Shown here piece after piece: positions 47,756 through 59,072 of a stretch of DNA of 64,000 nt. Position 1 is the stretch's first letter. Each line of letters starts with the position of its first letter. The stretch is taken from the NCBI GenBank assembly GCA_010015585.1, contig ML975164.1. One strand, written 5' to 3'. Below the pieces are notes generated by a model. It was not told the DNA's origin and ran no database searches. It saw nothing but the letters and a program-made list of their open reading frames with translations. This DNA comes from Eremomyces bilateralis CBS 781.70 (taxonomy: Eukaryota). The position numbers and the translations under genes were made by a program.

Positions 47756-48962
47756 CTAGGCAGCTTCAAGTTGGTCGTCAGAACTAGCTACTGTATCAGA
47801 ATCAGGCGATCCTTCACTGTCTGAATCGGAGTGAACACTATAAGCATCGCTGTCATGTTCCCCACAGTCGATTGCATCCTCAAAATCGCCGTCACGGATG
47901 CAAGCGGCACATAGATTGGGCATATCATCGTAGGCAGCAAGCCATTCTGAAACCATGTCACGATGAATAGCCTTGTAATTAGGAACGGGGTGGAAGGCAT
48001 CCAGTTTGCATGGCCACGGTAATCTCTGGGGGTAGCAGTCCAGGATCGATGTCATGAAACTGAGAAGCGAGTCATTTCGTGCCAATGGATGGCGCGCAGT
48101 ATAGGGCAACGGTAGATTCCAGGTTTTGATATATTCCCGCCGAAGAGTAACTTTGCACTAGCAGCCTTCACAGGCAAGCAAAAGTTCATGCATTCCGACC
48201 TCGGATAGTTCCCGAGATTCCAAGAATCCAACGGTCGTTCTCTTCCTCATCTCCTGAAGCAAGTCTGCATGTACACTGTCAGTTTATCCACTCAAGTTCA
48301 CGGGGTGAATGGGGGTCCCCATATAGGACATGGTCTGGCAGGGCATCCATGGCCGTTTCTAAGTGAAGGCTGATAAATGGCAAATCCGAGAGCAAACGTA
48401 GATGTTTCGCAATGTGGCTAAACTGATCGTCCAAACGTGTGATGTAGGCAGCGCCCAGCCAGTTCAGAAGTTTCGTAGATATCGGTGACTTTTCACCGTC
48501 AGATTCGTCGGTCGAGCGGCCCAACTTGTTGAGAGTCTCTATTGTCGGTGGAATCGGCAGCTCCTCGTCTAGCCAAGCCTTCATCGGCAGCCGAATCGAG
48601 TGGGTAGAATGATTCTTCTCGGCAGCGATGGCAATTTCCAAAATGTCATCCCCACGTGGACGTTTTCGATCGGAATCGGCCAAGACATGATGAATACATC
48701 AGCAGAGAAACCCTATGGCAAGGAGAGAGTCGTCGGGGAGATCAACTCTCTTGATTTGAAGATTGGAATCCATATCCTGGCCCTTCCGAGAGCTTGGACT
48801 GAGCATTTTGTTGAATGTTGAGGAGGCCTTCTTCATCAGGCCTGAGTGTACCCGAATTTCTGTCCGCAGTCCTCCTCCAACAGCGAGGGTAAGGTCACCT
48901 TCGGGGTCCACGATGGGGAGGTCATGTTGCGGCTGGTCGATTTTCATCTCCGTGTCCGCCAT
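47756..48962 (-). pseudogene. BTB/POZ protein pseudogene, copy 2
   Basis: VDPEGDLTLAVG..RVHS..MKKASSTF..ML..LPDD; in-frame TGA 48699-48701; intron donor reads AT instead of GT; TAG 48158-48160; C-terminal EWL...LCAAC. Confidence 0.8.
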
Positions 48963-49663
48963 CGCTGTGGTTGTAAGGCCCCTGGGCTGTCTGATTGACC
49001 GGAGAGAAAATTCCTTCGTCTCATTGTACTTTAAATGTGTTTTACTTTGCTTTACTTTCAGCTGTCGTCTTCCTATCCGGTCAAAAGCTCAGAGGTGCCC
49101 TTACGTGACGGAGTTCTAAAAATAACGTGCTCACTGAAGCCATATCAGGTACAAGTGCCTAGGACAAGCGCCCACTGCATGGTCTGTATGGCACTGTGGC
49201 TGGGTTTGGCCCTATTCAATATTCAGCTCTGTCTTGTTTATCTCAATAGCAAGGCTCGGGGAATAAAGGGCGCAATTGGTGGCCAATGGAACGGAGCGAT
49301 GGGAACCATTTTCACGGATGCAAGATGTGAGTCATGCACTATGGCAATGCGCCTAGCCATTCACTAGAGGCAGCAACGCGGCCGCTACGGAGACTTATAT
49401 TGAATTTCAATTGGGTGCTTCTCCGTTTCTGCTCCGCTTCTGAATCTCGCTCCACGTTTGGAGTTGCTTGGATGATCGCAACATCTCGATTTCGCCTGTT
49501 TGGTCTGATTCAATCGTTCCTAAAATGCAATAGATCCATCCTGAAAGCTCTTCCGCGACCCAAATGGGTGCCATTGCTTCGACGTTTCATCTTTTGGTGA
49601 TCATCAACGTCGGACAGCAGATTATCTTGCTGAGGGATTCCTCTCTTAGGCCTTTCAGGCTGG

Positions 49664-50790
49664 CTAATAATGCTTATGCGGTTGGAGAGAGTTTTCAAAC
49701 AGTCCCTTGCGTACGCATATGAGGCATATTCCTGGTAGCTCTTCTAAGTCCGCAAGCCATTCGGCCATCAGAGCTGGGAGCACAAGTTCGTAGTCGGGAA
49801 TTCCATGATCTTTCTCCTCGCAGAGAGGGTCATCATACATCGGTTCAAGGCCGTTCTGCAATAGGTGGTCCATCAGAGACAGCAATGATTGGAATGGGTT
49901 TTGAGATCCCTCCGTGGTCAAGTGCCTGGTCAAGTTTGCTCGGTAGGCCCCCCAAGCTCATGGGCCCAACTGCATTCAGTGCATTGGAAACGGCTTTGCC
50001 CGTGGAGGGTGTCCATGTATTGTACCAGAAAGGTGATGAAATTGCTCTTCATGTTGGTTTTCAGATCCTGGAGCAGGGCTGTAACCCGTATCAGCGTTGC
50101 GTCTGGTTACCGGAAACTCTAACCTACAAATGAGTTGCCATGGAATAAAATCCATTATATGATTTCCAGCTCTTTGAAAGCTTAGGAAGGACGCATCCAT
50201 AACTAAGCAGAGGTGCTTAGAGATGTCTTCGAACCGGATCTTTTCATCCATCACATATGCGCAGACCAGGTAGTCCATGATATCGCGAGCCGTTTGATCC
50301 TTTTTGGGAAAACATGTTTTTTTTAAGTAGTATCCCCCGTCCTCCATTCCTATGGAATTTCCCAGGTTCCCTGACCGGAGTGTTTTTATACTTGGGATTC
50401 TTGGGAGCTTAGTATGCAGCCAACGGTCTGCAACGCATTGGATTACCGGCGTCATCTGGTATTTATCCGCCGTCACCGCGATATCCAGCAGCAACTCGCC
50501 CGACATGTATGTTTTCCGAATCTCAATATCATGGTAAAGGCACCGGCAGATAAAGAGTATTGCGCGAGGATCATCATCTGGGAGTTCGATTGACTTCGGG
50601 GTGCCCGACGCAGCACCAACGTCCAGCTGTCCTTCTTTAAAATTCGGGCCAAGCATGACATTGAAAACAGGCGATGCCTTCTTCAAAAGAAAGAATGGAC
50701 TTGGAGTATATCCTTGAACGAGCGGCCTGTTACCAGGTGTAGGTCACCGTCATGGTCAAGGATAGTTGTCTCATGGGGATATTCACCCAT
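49664..50790 (-). pseudogene. BTB/POZ protein pseudogene, copy 3
   Basis: DHDGDLHLVTG..QVHS|KKASPVFNVMLGPNFKEG..LPDDDP..ADKY; frameshifts at homopolymers 50685-50688 and 49948-49953; C-terminal EWL...ICLIC. Confidence 0.8.
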
Positions 50791-51514
50791 CGCGGTTTAT
50801 TTTGAAGCGACTAGAGTTCGGAGGTATTGTAAATAGCATGTGACAAGTTTGCAATAGACCTTGTGGTAAGAATATAGATTGAAATATTTCAAGGTAGGTT
50901 GGTATTAGTAGCAGCGGAAGTTGGTTCATCAATTGAGATGCACGTTGTGAGTTGTCGGGGGCTGGATGAATGAATGATAGACCTGGGACCGGGTTATTTA
51001 CGAGTAACTATGCATATTAGTTAATTCTGTGCACTGGTAACCAGGGTAACAGCCCGGTAACTTACCATCGGATTCTACCAAAAGATTCAAATAATTACCA
51101 TTCTAGAAGAAAACTGAGGGTTTCTCTCCCCCACTTTAGCGCCAGCCAAGTATAAGGAGAGCCTGAAAATCACTATGCCCGATTAAGTTGCGACTATTAA
51201 CCCGGTTCTGTGTGGTCAGAGTATCTGTATATTCAATTTTATAACAACTATGGATAGGGGATATTTGATGAATGATGCTATTTCCACGACTGTAGGCATC
51301 TCCATTGCTAAATCCGATACCAATCCTCATCGAACCATACCCTTCGCTGTATGCGTATATATGAAACCTTTTCTGCTTTCGATGCTCTGCCCACTGTCTT
51401 TGGATCATGAAATCTGCCCGTTCATCGATAATCCGGAACCTTATTCCCTTCAAGTCCGATATTAAGTGAATCATCCTTTCCGAGTAGGTTATCGTAATGT
51501 AATCTGGATCGATA

Positions 51515-52669
51515 TTAGGAAAGAAAATCAACCAAAGCGCCCCAGACCCCAACCAGCTTGTCAGGGTGCGACATGTAAACCCCTTTTCTCTGAGTGGCGT
51601 TAAGTGCGTTGGCAACATCTCCTCCCACGAAACACTGAAGGCATATCCGAGATTGCCGAGATTGCTTCAGCCACTTATTCACCACGGCAACATGAGCCAT
51701 ATCGTAGTCTGGTCGACTATGTCCTCCACACCTTAGAGGGCAATGCCCCAGCTTCTTAATCTCCATTGCCATGAGATTTTGCAAGAAGGAAAGGATAGAG
51801 TGTTCCCCCCACTCAGTATACAATCCGGGCTCAAATGCTGCGACTGCATCCATGTATGCGCTTTATGCATGCTTCGGCCATCCGCATGCACTGCATGGTG
51901 TCAATCCGGAGCGCAGAGAGTTGATGACGGTTTTCAAGAGACGTAATAGCTGGGGTTGTAGCTGGAATCGTAGCGCTTGAAGTAGGCCTATCCAAATCAA
52001 TGACCATTCGAGCGCTCTATCTGTTGTGACTTACAGAGGAGACCCCACGGAACCACATCGGATATTCTCTTAGGTACCAAATTCACGATAGATCCTTGAT
52101 GTTCATGGCATAGCGAGCGAGAGATCTTGTTGAAATGATCGCCATCCTTGAAAAGGTATGCCGCTGCCAATTTATCAAGAAGCTCCACAACCTCCTCAAC
52201 GTCAATGTTTGAAAAGTCCCAATTTGGAGCGTCCACATTAGGAAGTACTATGATAAATGAGGGAACTGACAACCAATGGTGGAGCATTGGCTTTATCGCC
52301 TCAAAAGTATCGTATCTGTCCGCCGCGATGACCACCGGCAACCGTTGCAGCGAAGGCATATAGAGCGAAGGTAGCCTGTGGTGGATGATTCTGCATAGAA
52401 CCTCGATAGCATTAGGGTTGTCTTCCGGCAATAGACTCTCCTTGGGATGGTCAGAATCGAGATTTTGACCTTTCCTTGAAGTTGGGGCCTAGTTTGGCTT
52501 TGAAGACAGAGGACGCCTGTCGGAGAAATAAGGAGTGCACACGAATTCGAACCATGTGTTCCTTAGACCCGACGATGAGGATGAAATTCCCTTCCGGTGC
52601 CAAGTTGACAAGGCGTGGTGCAATTGGAGTACTCTCCATCGACTCCGATGATCTAGCTCGAGAAGGCAT
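51515..52669 (-). pseudogene. BTB/POZ protein pseudogene, copy 4
   Basis: APEGNFILIVG..RVHSLFLRQASSVF..LGPNFKE; frameshift at 52471-52473; LPEDNP..ADRY; in-frame TAA 51863-51865; C-terminal KWL...ICLQC. Confidence 0.8.
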
Positions 52670-54056
52670 CTCTACATAATAGATGTGTGAGTGATGGAGA
52701 GTTTCCGGTTTCCCGCGTGATGACGAGTAGAGAAGTGAAATTGAGGAGACGAGGTGGAGAAGTGAGAGGGAGAAGGTGGAGGAGGAGCCGGTGGGAGAAG
52801 TGAGATGAGAGAAGGAGATGAGAAGTGAAGCGGGGGAGTGAGAAGGGAGAAAGAAGTTAAATAGTAAATAAGAAGTGAGGTCGAAGCCAGGCGATACTGA
52901 GAGATCAGTGTAATCTTCCAAATCCAACTCATGGATAAACGGAAGACGTAATCTCACGATTCGGGGCCACGAATTTCATTCGACTTAATCAACATAATAG
53001 CATAGATAGAGCTGGATTTGACGACAGTATCGCTATTCGTCTTCCGGGCTCTGAAACATCCTTTTTGGTGCGAAGTGAAACTCCTCCTTCAGTGAACTAA
53101 CGAAGTGGTACTGGTGAAGAAACCCAGAGAATGCAAACGGGTAGGTACCTTGAGCGGAAAGGTGTTCTGGTTACACAGCGCGTTGCCATTCTGGAAAATT
53201 TTAATACTCACTTTCTATCCCAACCTCGATCTCTGGCCGACGAGCCATATAAAGTACCATCTTGTTACTTTTTCCATCACCTAGATTGTGCAACACAATG
53301 ATCCTTAGTAAATCCGAGGAATCCCAAGTCCCCATGATCCAGCCAGAACCATTCTGTCGACCCGATAGTAATACTCGGTTGAACATGGAGTCGAGCAAAC
53401 ACACATACATTCGCTCTTAATATGCCTGGAACTTCACCTTTAGCATCTAATTTCGGATGACGGGCTCGACTCCAAAGAGGGCCACCCCCTATAACCATCT
53501 CTTGAGCCGTGCTCATGGCAGTCACGAACACTACGGCATCAGCGCCGGCTTCCTCGCTATCATCAAATAGCAGATCATGGTCCGTCCAGCTGAGGCATGC
53601 GAAACTCGGACCGAGACCGTTGGTTACTTCCAATCCAACCGCTCCAGCTTCGACCACCATGTAGCCAAAGTCAAGTTCCGATGTGCCGATCAAGGCTGGC
53701 CGTTAAGGGGCCGGCTGCGGATGGTTTTGGTGGTGTGGGTGACCAAGTTGACGAGGTCAGGATGACCGGGGCCAACGAATGCGTCAAAGCATACGGATTG
53801 CGAATTGGTTTTTAGAATGGAGAGAACGTAGGAGGAGCACGTGCCAAGTTCGCTTTAACCATATGGAAGGCCGTTTTGGCAATGACCTGATGATGAGTCA
53901 CATCCTGGATTCGGTGGAGAGCGGCTCAGAGCGCACCTTCAAACAAGCACGTGCAATCTGGTACAGAAGAACGCGGATAATAGATCATAGAAGTGGAAGA
54001 AGGCGCAAGAGTTCCGGGTGGGGCTTATGATTGTGGAATGAAGATGATGAAATGTA

Positions 54057-54510
54057 TTGACGCCATACTAAACCCATATTCCATAATTCCATTAAGGAGA
54101 AATACTACCTACATGGTGCCATAGATGAGGTTGGGTAAGTACAACAGGATGGATTTCGCACGCGACTTGACTGAATGCTCTGATTTATAAGAGTCGCATC
54201 CGAGTCAGGGCGATGGCACTGATAGGATCCGACAGAAGACATCGTTAGTAATACGACCGGTGAGCATTCAGACGTTGGAGTTGGGAGGGTCCCGATGCAG
54301 GTACACGATAGTGGAATCCACCATCGGATTTAAGGTGTTTCTAGTGTACGACCGGCTGGCAATCCCCCCAGAATATTGGGATTATCCACGCCTCATGTTT
54401 AATGGAGGGCAGACATTGAATACAGGATTGGACATTTGCAAGAGCTGCACATGGGTATATCTTTCGAGGCGACGAATGGCATGTAATTGATAATACTAAT
54501 ATGGCGTCAG
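54057..54510. promoter_or_regulatory. Putative CYS-3/MetR bZIP sites upstream of sconB
   Basis: ATGGTGCCAT 54113-54122 matches ATGRYRYCAT exactly; one-mismatch sites TTGACGCCAT 54057-54066 and ATGGCGTCAG 54501-54510. Confidence 0.5.
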
Positions 54511-55083
54511 TCGAAAACGGAGACGGACGAGATAGAGAGAGTGAGGGAATTTTTTGACGTGCTCTTGCGTGCTATGTTTGCGCCACATGATCCAGGTCAC
54601 GTGGCCGAATTGTGTGACCCCCATCCTTGCAATTGGGTCAGCCTCTCGACCGCTTTGTTCTCTGATTCCTCCACCTGATCTGGGAATTGAACTTCGCCTA
54701 TGGCGTCGCTGATCCATCCAGGAATCAAATAAATTTAAAGATAACCGAGGGTTTAGTGGGCGATTCGAGCTTCACGAAGTGGAATCCTGCGCTTGAATGA
54801 CTTGGCAGTTATTAACTTCGACTGCCGCCTGAGCATTGGACCCTACCGACCATCACGACTTGGGGCTGAGGGTCCCACTGACACGACATTGATCCTGATA
54901 CAACCCGACGCTGTGGATTGCATCTTCTGTATTCCTGGGCAATATCTCCCTTCGCACGCCATCCGGAGTGCTCAATATCAATTGCCTTCCATCCCTGTAT
55001 CAAAAGGGGCTCGAGCCTTTTATTGGCCCCATCTTACGTCCGGATTGAAAGGCTGACGGCATCCCAACTGACCGCCTCGAATC

Positions 55084-57374
55084 ATGGATTCCTTCAAAAC
55101 CCGCCCCCGACCAGATCCGGACGCCCGATATATGAACGAAGATACGGCTCGTCACCAGAGGCATTCGTCACGCCGGGAGACTCTGAACAGATTCGCTGAC
55201 CAGAACGATTATGTCGACCTGAATGACCGCAATCACGGCATCGGAATGCCCCAGATGTCAACTTCCTACAATAGCGCAATCGGCCGTGGTGACGGCAGCA
55301 TTGCTATATCCTCGACAAGCAGACACGCAGGAGAAAGCGTCGCACCCTTCCTGTCCAGACATATCCCTCAACAATATGCACCCCAAGGCGATCAACCCGA
55401 AGAACCCACAGCGATGCAGTTGCAGTCGAATACGAAATACTGTTATCGTCATCGACCTGACCTGAAATGTAGACGGCAGGTCAACGAGCCGTCGATGGGG
55501 CAGCTTCAGAATGTATGTACAACCATACTTAACATCGTCGCTCGTTTCTGACTCATGAATAGGAACTCGCTTCATTATCTGGATCCGACCAGCAAGGCAT
55601 TGCACATGTCTGGTCGCTGTTCTCCGCCGCTCCATCGAAGCACCGCAATCTTATATTACAAGGCATACTCGCACAATGCTGTTTCCCACAATTATCGATG
55701 ATCTCAAGTTCCGTCCGGGATTTAATCAAGATCGACTTCCTTTCTGCTTTGCCACCCGAGATAGGCTTGAAAATCCTCATGTACCTCGATGCAAAGTCGC
55801 TATGCCAAGCGGCTCTCGTTAGTCGGGGATGGAGGGAACTGGCGGATGACGACGCTATCTGGCATCGCATGTGCGAGCAGCATATTGGCGGGAAGTGCAA
55901 GAAGTGCGGGATCGGACTACCGCTGCGACTGCGAAATGAAAAGCGACGGGCGCAACTAGAAGAGAGCACCGACGTAGCAACCGACCCAAACATGGTGGCG
56001 AGTCCATCGTCCGAATTTAGGTCGGCCGCCACGAGTCGCGAGTCGAGTGTCGATCCCACACATACGAGTCCGATGAAGCGCAAATCCGACCATGCCTCAG
56101 CGGACGACTTGGTCAAGCGCGTGTGCACAAAATCACTGCGAGAGGCCGCCGCAGACGCTGCCTCCACTCCTCGGAAGCGACCGTGGAAGGAAGTGTACCG
56201 GGAGCGGCATAAGGTTGGACTCAACTGGAAGAAGGGCCGATACAACCTACAGGTGCTCAGAGGCCACCGCAATGGGGTGATGTGTTTGCAGTTCAACGAG
56301 AAGATCCTCGCCACTGGTTCATATGACTCGACCATCAAGATCTGGTGTATGAAGACAGGAAAAGAAATCCGCACCCTTGAAGGCCATACATCTGGCGTTC
56401 GTTGTCTGCAATTCGACGATACGCTACTGATGAGTGGCAGCATCGACAAGACTCTCAAAGTCTGGAACTGGCGCACTGGAGAGTGCATCCGCACTTTCCA
56501 TGATCACACCGGTGGTATCATCGGACTGCACTTCGTCGGCCCATATATTGCCTCCGCAAGCATGGACAAGACAGTCCGTGTGCTTGACCGTGATCGACAA
56601 GCTAAATTTACCTTGCGTGGCCACACCGACTGGGTGAACGCAGTCAAGATCGATCTACCATCTCGAACGATCTTCTCCGCCAGCGACGATATGACCGTCA
56701 AGCTATGGGACCTCGATACCCATCAATGTCTCCACACTTTCACCGGCCACGTCGGGCAAGTGCAGCAAGTCCTCTTCATGCCGCACGGTTTCGAACTCGA
56801 CGACGACACCCGCGCAGCACTCGTCTCCGACTCCGACACCGACCATGAAGATGGAGCCACCCTCATCGCCCGCCCCGACACCCCGATTGGCAACCATTTC
56901 CACCACCAACCTCCGACCGCCATCCCCGCCCAAGCGCCCGATCACGCCCCTCCCGCCGACTCCTCCCCCGAGCAGCACANNNNNNNNNNNNNNNNNNNNN
57001 NNNNNNNNNNNNNNNNNNNNNNNNNNNNNNNNNNCCCCCGCTACATGCTTACCTCCTCCCTCGACTCCACTATCTGCCTCTGGGACGTCTCCCTGGGCCT
57101 CCCCCTCAAGAAATTCTTCGGCCACCTCGAAGGCGTCTGGGCCCTCGCCGGCAATTCCCTACGCATTGTCACTGGCAGCGAGGACCGCATGGTGAAGGTC
57201 TGGGATCCGCGCACGGGGAACTGCGAGCGTACGTACGGCGGCCATGAGGCGCCAGTGACATGCGTAGCGATTAGCGATGATGCGCTGGTGTCCGGTGGAG
57301 AGGACGGGACGGTGAGGATCCTCGGGTTTGGGGGGAGTTTGATCGGGGGAGCGGAGGTGGAGGGAAGTGGGTGA
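55084..57374 (+). CDS. sconB: F-box/WD40 sulfur regulator SconB/SCON-2/Met30; intron 55513-55562; spans an N gap
   Basis: [44 protein letters not shown]-box [27 protein letters not shown]; multiple GH...WD repeats. Confidence 0.92.
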
Positions 57375-57760
57375 TGGATCTACTCAAATTGACGAAGTCG
57401 CTCAGCTCGGCTGGGCGGCTTACTTATGTTTTTTCTGGACGAAATTTAGCGATGGATTTCTCGGTTCGCATGGAGCTGGGGGCGTCACGTGGTCATAGTC
57501 ATCGATCAGTGACACGCCTCCGGGAATTTGACGGCCATGCTGGACGGGTATTAGGGATTGATTTCACGGCTTTATTTACGATTCATTTACGGTTCATGGC
57601 GATCGGGCCGGCTAGACAAAATGGGCAACATTGCGGTACTCAAAATGGGATAGGTTCCATTCATTCGTTTACGGTATCTAGTATAATAGAACTCCTGATA
57701 GCAATGCTACACTTCATTAATTCAACTCCCTTGCTGCTCTGTTAAGCCATACCACCCACC

Positions 57761-58444
57761 CTACCCCTGCTTCCCATTCACCCACTCCCAAACCCTCCTC
57801 TCCCCCTCCGCCAACGACCTTCCCGCCCCCCCCAACAATCCCTTGGCCCTCTCCATCACCCCCTCTCCTCCCCCTCCACCACTTCCCGCCGTCTCATTTC
57901 CCCCTCCCGACGGCAACCCCCCCCCGCCCTGCGTCTCCGCCATCAGCGTCCCCGCGTACACATTCTGCTGATATCCCGGCGGGTTCGCGAGGTTCGGCGG
58001 CGGCGCGGAGTGGCTGGTTAAGGGGATGGTGGATTTCGTGGGGGCGAGGGGTGCTTGTAGGGGGGGAATGGACATTTGTGGGGGGAGGGGATGGTGCGGT
58101 TGGGGAGGGGCGGTCGGCGCGGGGGGTTCGGGGTGCGAGGAAGGGGTGAGTTCGGAGGGGATGGCGCAGGGTTGTGGTGGTGGGGGAAGAGAGGGGGCGG
58201 TTGTTGGAGGAGCAGTGGGATGGGGGACGGGAAGGGCGCCGGGTTGGGGTGGTGCGGGATCGGTGGGGTTGTAGGCTGGGGCGGTGACGCGGGTCCGAGG
58301 GGGTGTGATGGTTGTGGTTGCGGCGGGATTGGAGGCGGGTTCGGAGGGAGTTTGAGAGGTGGAGGAGGTGGAGGAGGTGGAGGATTGGGGAGTGGGTGCG
58401 GAGGGATTGATGGGTGCGTCGGCGTATATAGGGATAGGTGGCAT
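57761..58444 (-). CDS. Pro-rich fungal hypothetical protein
   Basis: ATG 58444 MPPIPIYADAPI; PPQPGALP; NPPGYQQN; terminal amphipathic GERRVWEWVNG. Confidence 0.7.
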   Translation of the reverse strand: MPPIPIYADAPINPSAPTPQSSTSSTSSTSQTPSEPASNPAATTTITPPRTRVTAPAYNPTDPAPPQPGALPVPHPTAPPTTAPSLPPPPQPCAIPSELTPSSHPEPPAPTAPPQPHHPLPPQMSIPPLQAPLAPTKSTIPLTSHSAPPPNLANPPGYQQNVYAGTLMAETQGGGGLPSGGGNETAGSGGGGGEGVMERAKGLLGGAGRSLAEGERRVWEWVNGKQG

Positions 58445-59072
58445 GGTTGCGGTGGAGGGTGGTTCGGGAGGTCGGAACGGAGATGATGGGTGGGTTTGGA
58501 ATTCGTTGTCTTTAAGTAGACTATAATATAGCCGTTTCAAGGACAGGAAAAGGAAAGAGTAGAGGTACCCGTAGTTATGGCTTTGGAAATGTTGCAGAAT
58601 GTGTATGGCACCCGACAATATGCGAACGGTCTGCGAGAGAGACATTACGTCATTTGGGGGGGGGATTTGCGCCTCGTCGCCTTAGAGAATCAATCGAATC
58701 GAATTAGGCACCAATATCTCTTCTTGACACCGTTGCCGACGATATCGTGGCATCAGGCCGAATTATCTGTCAACATCTCATGCATCTTCACTCTCTAATT
58801 GAATGAATTGACTGATGAATGATGATTGTAAGATCTTCCCATTTACATACCCCTTTTGGGGTAGTCGCATTCCCTGTGGATCACGATGTTGCGCTAATAT
58901 GCAAAGCCACGAATACATCAACTCCGCCTCGCCGGTGTCTGCCGTCTTTTGTTCCGCGCCCCGCTTTGTTCTGTCATGAAGTCTATCTAAGTCGATTTCT
59001 TTAATCATCTGAGTTTTGAATTTTTGTCGCTGTCTCCATTTCGATCGCTTTACGTCGTGTCGTTATACGCCT

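Noticed and set aside
53200..54030. Possible fifth BTB copy or other gene
   Set aside because: No BTB or CxxC motifs; only an unassignable ORF fragment.
23486..57374. Sulfur cluster formed by the sulfite-reductase-like flavoprotein and sconB
   Set aside because: About 30 kb apart with unrelated genes between, and the reductase's role is unproven.
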